Assembly: GCF_009914755.1 (NCBI RefSeq)
Contig: NC_060941.1
Length of the DNA: 64,000 bases
DNA from: the human T2T-CHM13v2.0 reference genome, Homo sapiens
Strand: one strand, 5' to 3'
The position numbers were made by a program, and so were the translations under genes. Below, in pieces: positions 60,265 through 64,000 of this stretch (position 1 is the stretch's first letter; each line of letters opens with the position of its first letter). The notes beneath the pieces were generated by a model. The model made no database searches. It was given only the letters and a program-made list of their open reading frames with translations, and had not been told where the DNA came from.

Positions 60265-61040
60265 GGATATAAGTAAGCAAGACAAACTCAGCAACAAGGG
60301 ATGAGAAAATATTCAGAAATTGGGTGCTGATTTGCATTCCAGAATCCAAATCTAGGAGCAGGCAGGGCTGGGACAGCAAGCCAGGCTTCCGACCAGATGG
60401 GCTATCCATCAGGGTTGCTTACTACAGCTCACTAATGACCATTATTAAGACCATTGCATGTAAAATGTTTATTTCAAGGTGGAAAATGCACGTTGGGTTT
60501 CTCAGAATAGGTGTTGGAATTTCTACTACAATTTTCTTCAGTATACAGAGGAGAATTGCTTGTGTTGGTCCTCTAGAGTTAAGATTGCCACCGTGCTATA
60601 GAGTAATGAGTTGTAAGTGGTGGCCACTGATCACAGCTCTTTGCTGTGGGCTGCCACCCCAGCCAGTGGTGTAGGTGAATCAGCGTTGGTCAAAGTATGG
60701 CCAGCCAGCCCAGGCTCGCCATGCAGTTACGACTTTTGACTAACTGACCACAGTCACTCTTTCATGGCCTTCCCTTCTTGGATGACATGAAGACCATACA
60801 TTAACTAACAGGTCACTTCCTAATCATCCAAACAGGAACCTAGAGATTTTTATACCCAGGACAGGATATGGGACATATATCAGCCAGAGTTCTTATTTGC
60901 AAACAAAGAAACATAACCTAGGTGATCTAAGTAGAATCAGAATTTATTGATTATATACTGGATGACTCACAGACTTCTGAGAAGGTTTGAGAACAAGGCT
61001 TGAGGGCTGTACCAATTGGAAACAGTTCTCAAAATCACAC

Positions 61041-61713
<673 letters not shown>

Positions 61714-62321
61714 CACACCGTGAAAGTGCTCAGGTAAGGACACTATTGAGGATTTGTTCCCTGAGATGTGAGTAGAAAAGCAGTTAATGGAAACAACGCA
61801 GTTTTCACATTCTGTATATTTTCCCTGTGCCTTTTGATACAAGTTCCAAAGGAACATTTAACAGCATGACAGCTTCCTGTTTATTTATTCTCTCATCTCT
61901 TACTGGTTGGTCAATGCACATAAGTCCATGTGGAGAGAGCTCGGAGCATACTCCTCCTTGACGGTGGATCAGAAGTGTCATCTTGGTTTCCAGTATCCTG
62001 CCTGAGCTGTGAATTGCCCTGACTCTTCATTTCTCACTCTGACTCTCTGCAGCATCTGTCTGCTTCTCAGAACACTTGCTTCCCTTGGCTTCTGTGACCT
62101 CCTTCCTCTCCAGGTTTGCCACCTGCTTTCTAAATGTTCCTTCTGGGCTCCCTTCCTCCCTTTAACCTCTCACTGTTAGCCTTACTCATGGTTCTATATT
62201 CAGCTGCCTTTCTTCTTCCCACTTCTCTCTCAATAGCCTGTCCCAGGAGGTGCTGCATTCACTCCTATGGCGTTATAATCAATAAGCTGATGATTTCAAA
62301 ACCCTCAGCATTCTCTCTCTC

Positions 62322-62610
62322 TCTTTTTGAGACACGGTCTTGCTATATTGCCCAGGCTGGAGTGCAGTGGTATAATCATGGCTCACTGCAGCCTTGAACT
62401 CCTGGGCTCAAGCCATCCTCCCACCTCAGCTTCCTGTGTAGCTAGGACTACACATGTGCATAACCATGCCTGGCTAATTTTTAAATTTTTTTGTAGAGAG
62501 GGACATCTCACTATCTTGCCTAGGCTGGTCTCAAACTCCTGGCCTCAAGTGATCCTCCCTCCTCAGCTTCCTAAAGTGCTGGGATTACAGGCATGAGCCA
62601 CCATGCCCAG
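62322..62610 (-). mobile_element. Alu (J-type) inside L2 sequence
   Basis: Antisense Alu; flanks (~62000-63100) are L2-like. Confidence 0.9.
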
Positions 62611-63244
62611 AACTCAGCTCTCTTAAACTTCCGACCAGCAAGGAAGCAACTAGACGGCTCTTTGTGGATGTCCAGCAGCCCTTCAAACTGAACACATTCC
62701 AAAATGGAACCCTTGCTGCTTCTTCCTGTGTTCTCTGATTCAGTGAATAGCAGCAGAATCACTGAGTTAGAAATCTAGGTATCATCTTTGAGTCCTTCCT
62801 GTCTCCTCCTTATCCTTCACATCAATCCCTAGGTTCTCTCGCTCTTATTTTCTTAATATCTCTCAAATCTGCCCAGCTTCATTCACCTGCATCAAAATCT
62901 TTTAGTTTTAGCTATCATCATCCCTTACTTGGATCATTGCAACAGACTCCTGAGAAGTGTTCAGGCTCCAGACTCCAGAGAGCCCTTGCAGTCCCTACTC
63001 ATGTCCTTGCTTCATTAGAACCCAAAAGATAAAGTGTGCACTTGGTCACATCTCTTCCCTGCATGAGGCCATTCAGTAAATCCCCACAGCTATAAGACAA
63101 TTTAAACTTCTAAGGCAGGGGTTGGTAAGCTATGGCTCATGGGTTGAATCACCTGTTTTCATGCAGCATAAATGCTAAGAAATTTTTTACATTTTAAAAT
63201 TATTGAAAAAAAAAGTCAAAGAATGTGACACATGAAAATTATAT

Positions 63245-64000
<756 letters not shown>

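Overview
Human (or very closely related ape) genomic DNA. The left ~18 kb holds the 5' end of WIPI1 (PROPPIN/Atg18-family autophagy gene; chr17q24.2 from recalled knowledge) on the minus strand: coding exons 1-4 (80, 83, 170 and 97 nt, all introns GT-AG, splicing in frame to MEAEAADAPPGGVES...IPANPT) and its CpG-island promoter at ~17.8-18.6 kb. Codon 31 is Ile (ATT) here rather than the Thr I recall for the reference protein. The remaining ~45 kb upstream (towards PRKAR1A, whose main promoter should lie beyond the right edge) has no supportable coding gene and is dominated by repeats: about 45 Alus, L1/L2/MIR fragments, MaLR LTRs, hAT and mariner relics, a decayed ERV1 provirus and long simple repeats. 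I found no novel protein-coding system. The most unusual structures are: (1) a 140-bp, 137/140-identical inverted repeat of unrecognised sequence 0.9-1.9 kb upstream of the WIPI1 start codon, with an Hsmar1/MADE1 TIR almost exactly on its symmetry axis; (2) a ~260-bp unique, AATAAA/poly(A)-terminated segment apparently co-retroposed with an Alu into an L1; (3) a TA minisatellite built from amplified copies of an Alu target-site duplication. Repeat subfamily names and boundaries were assigned by eye and are approximate.
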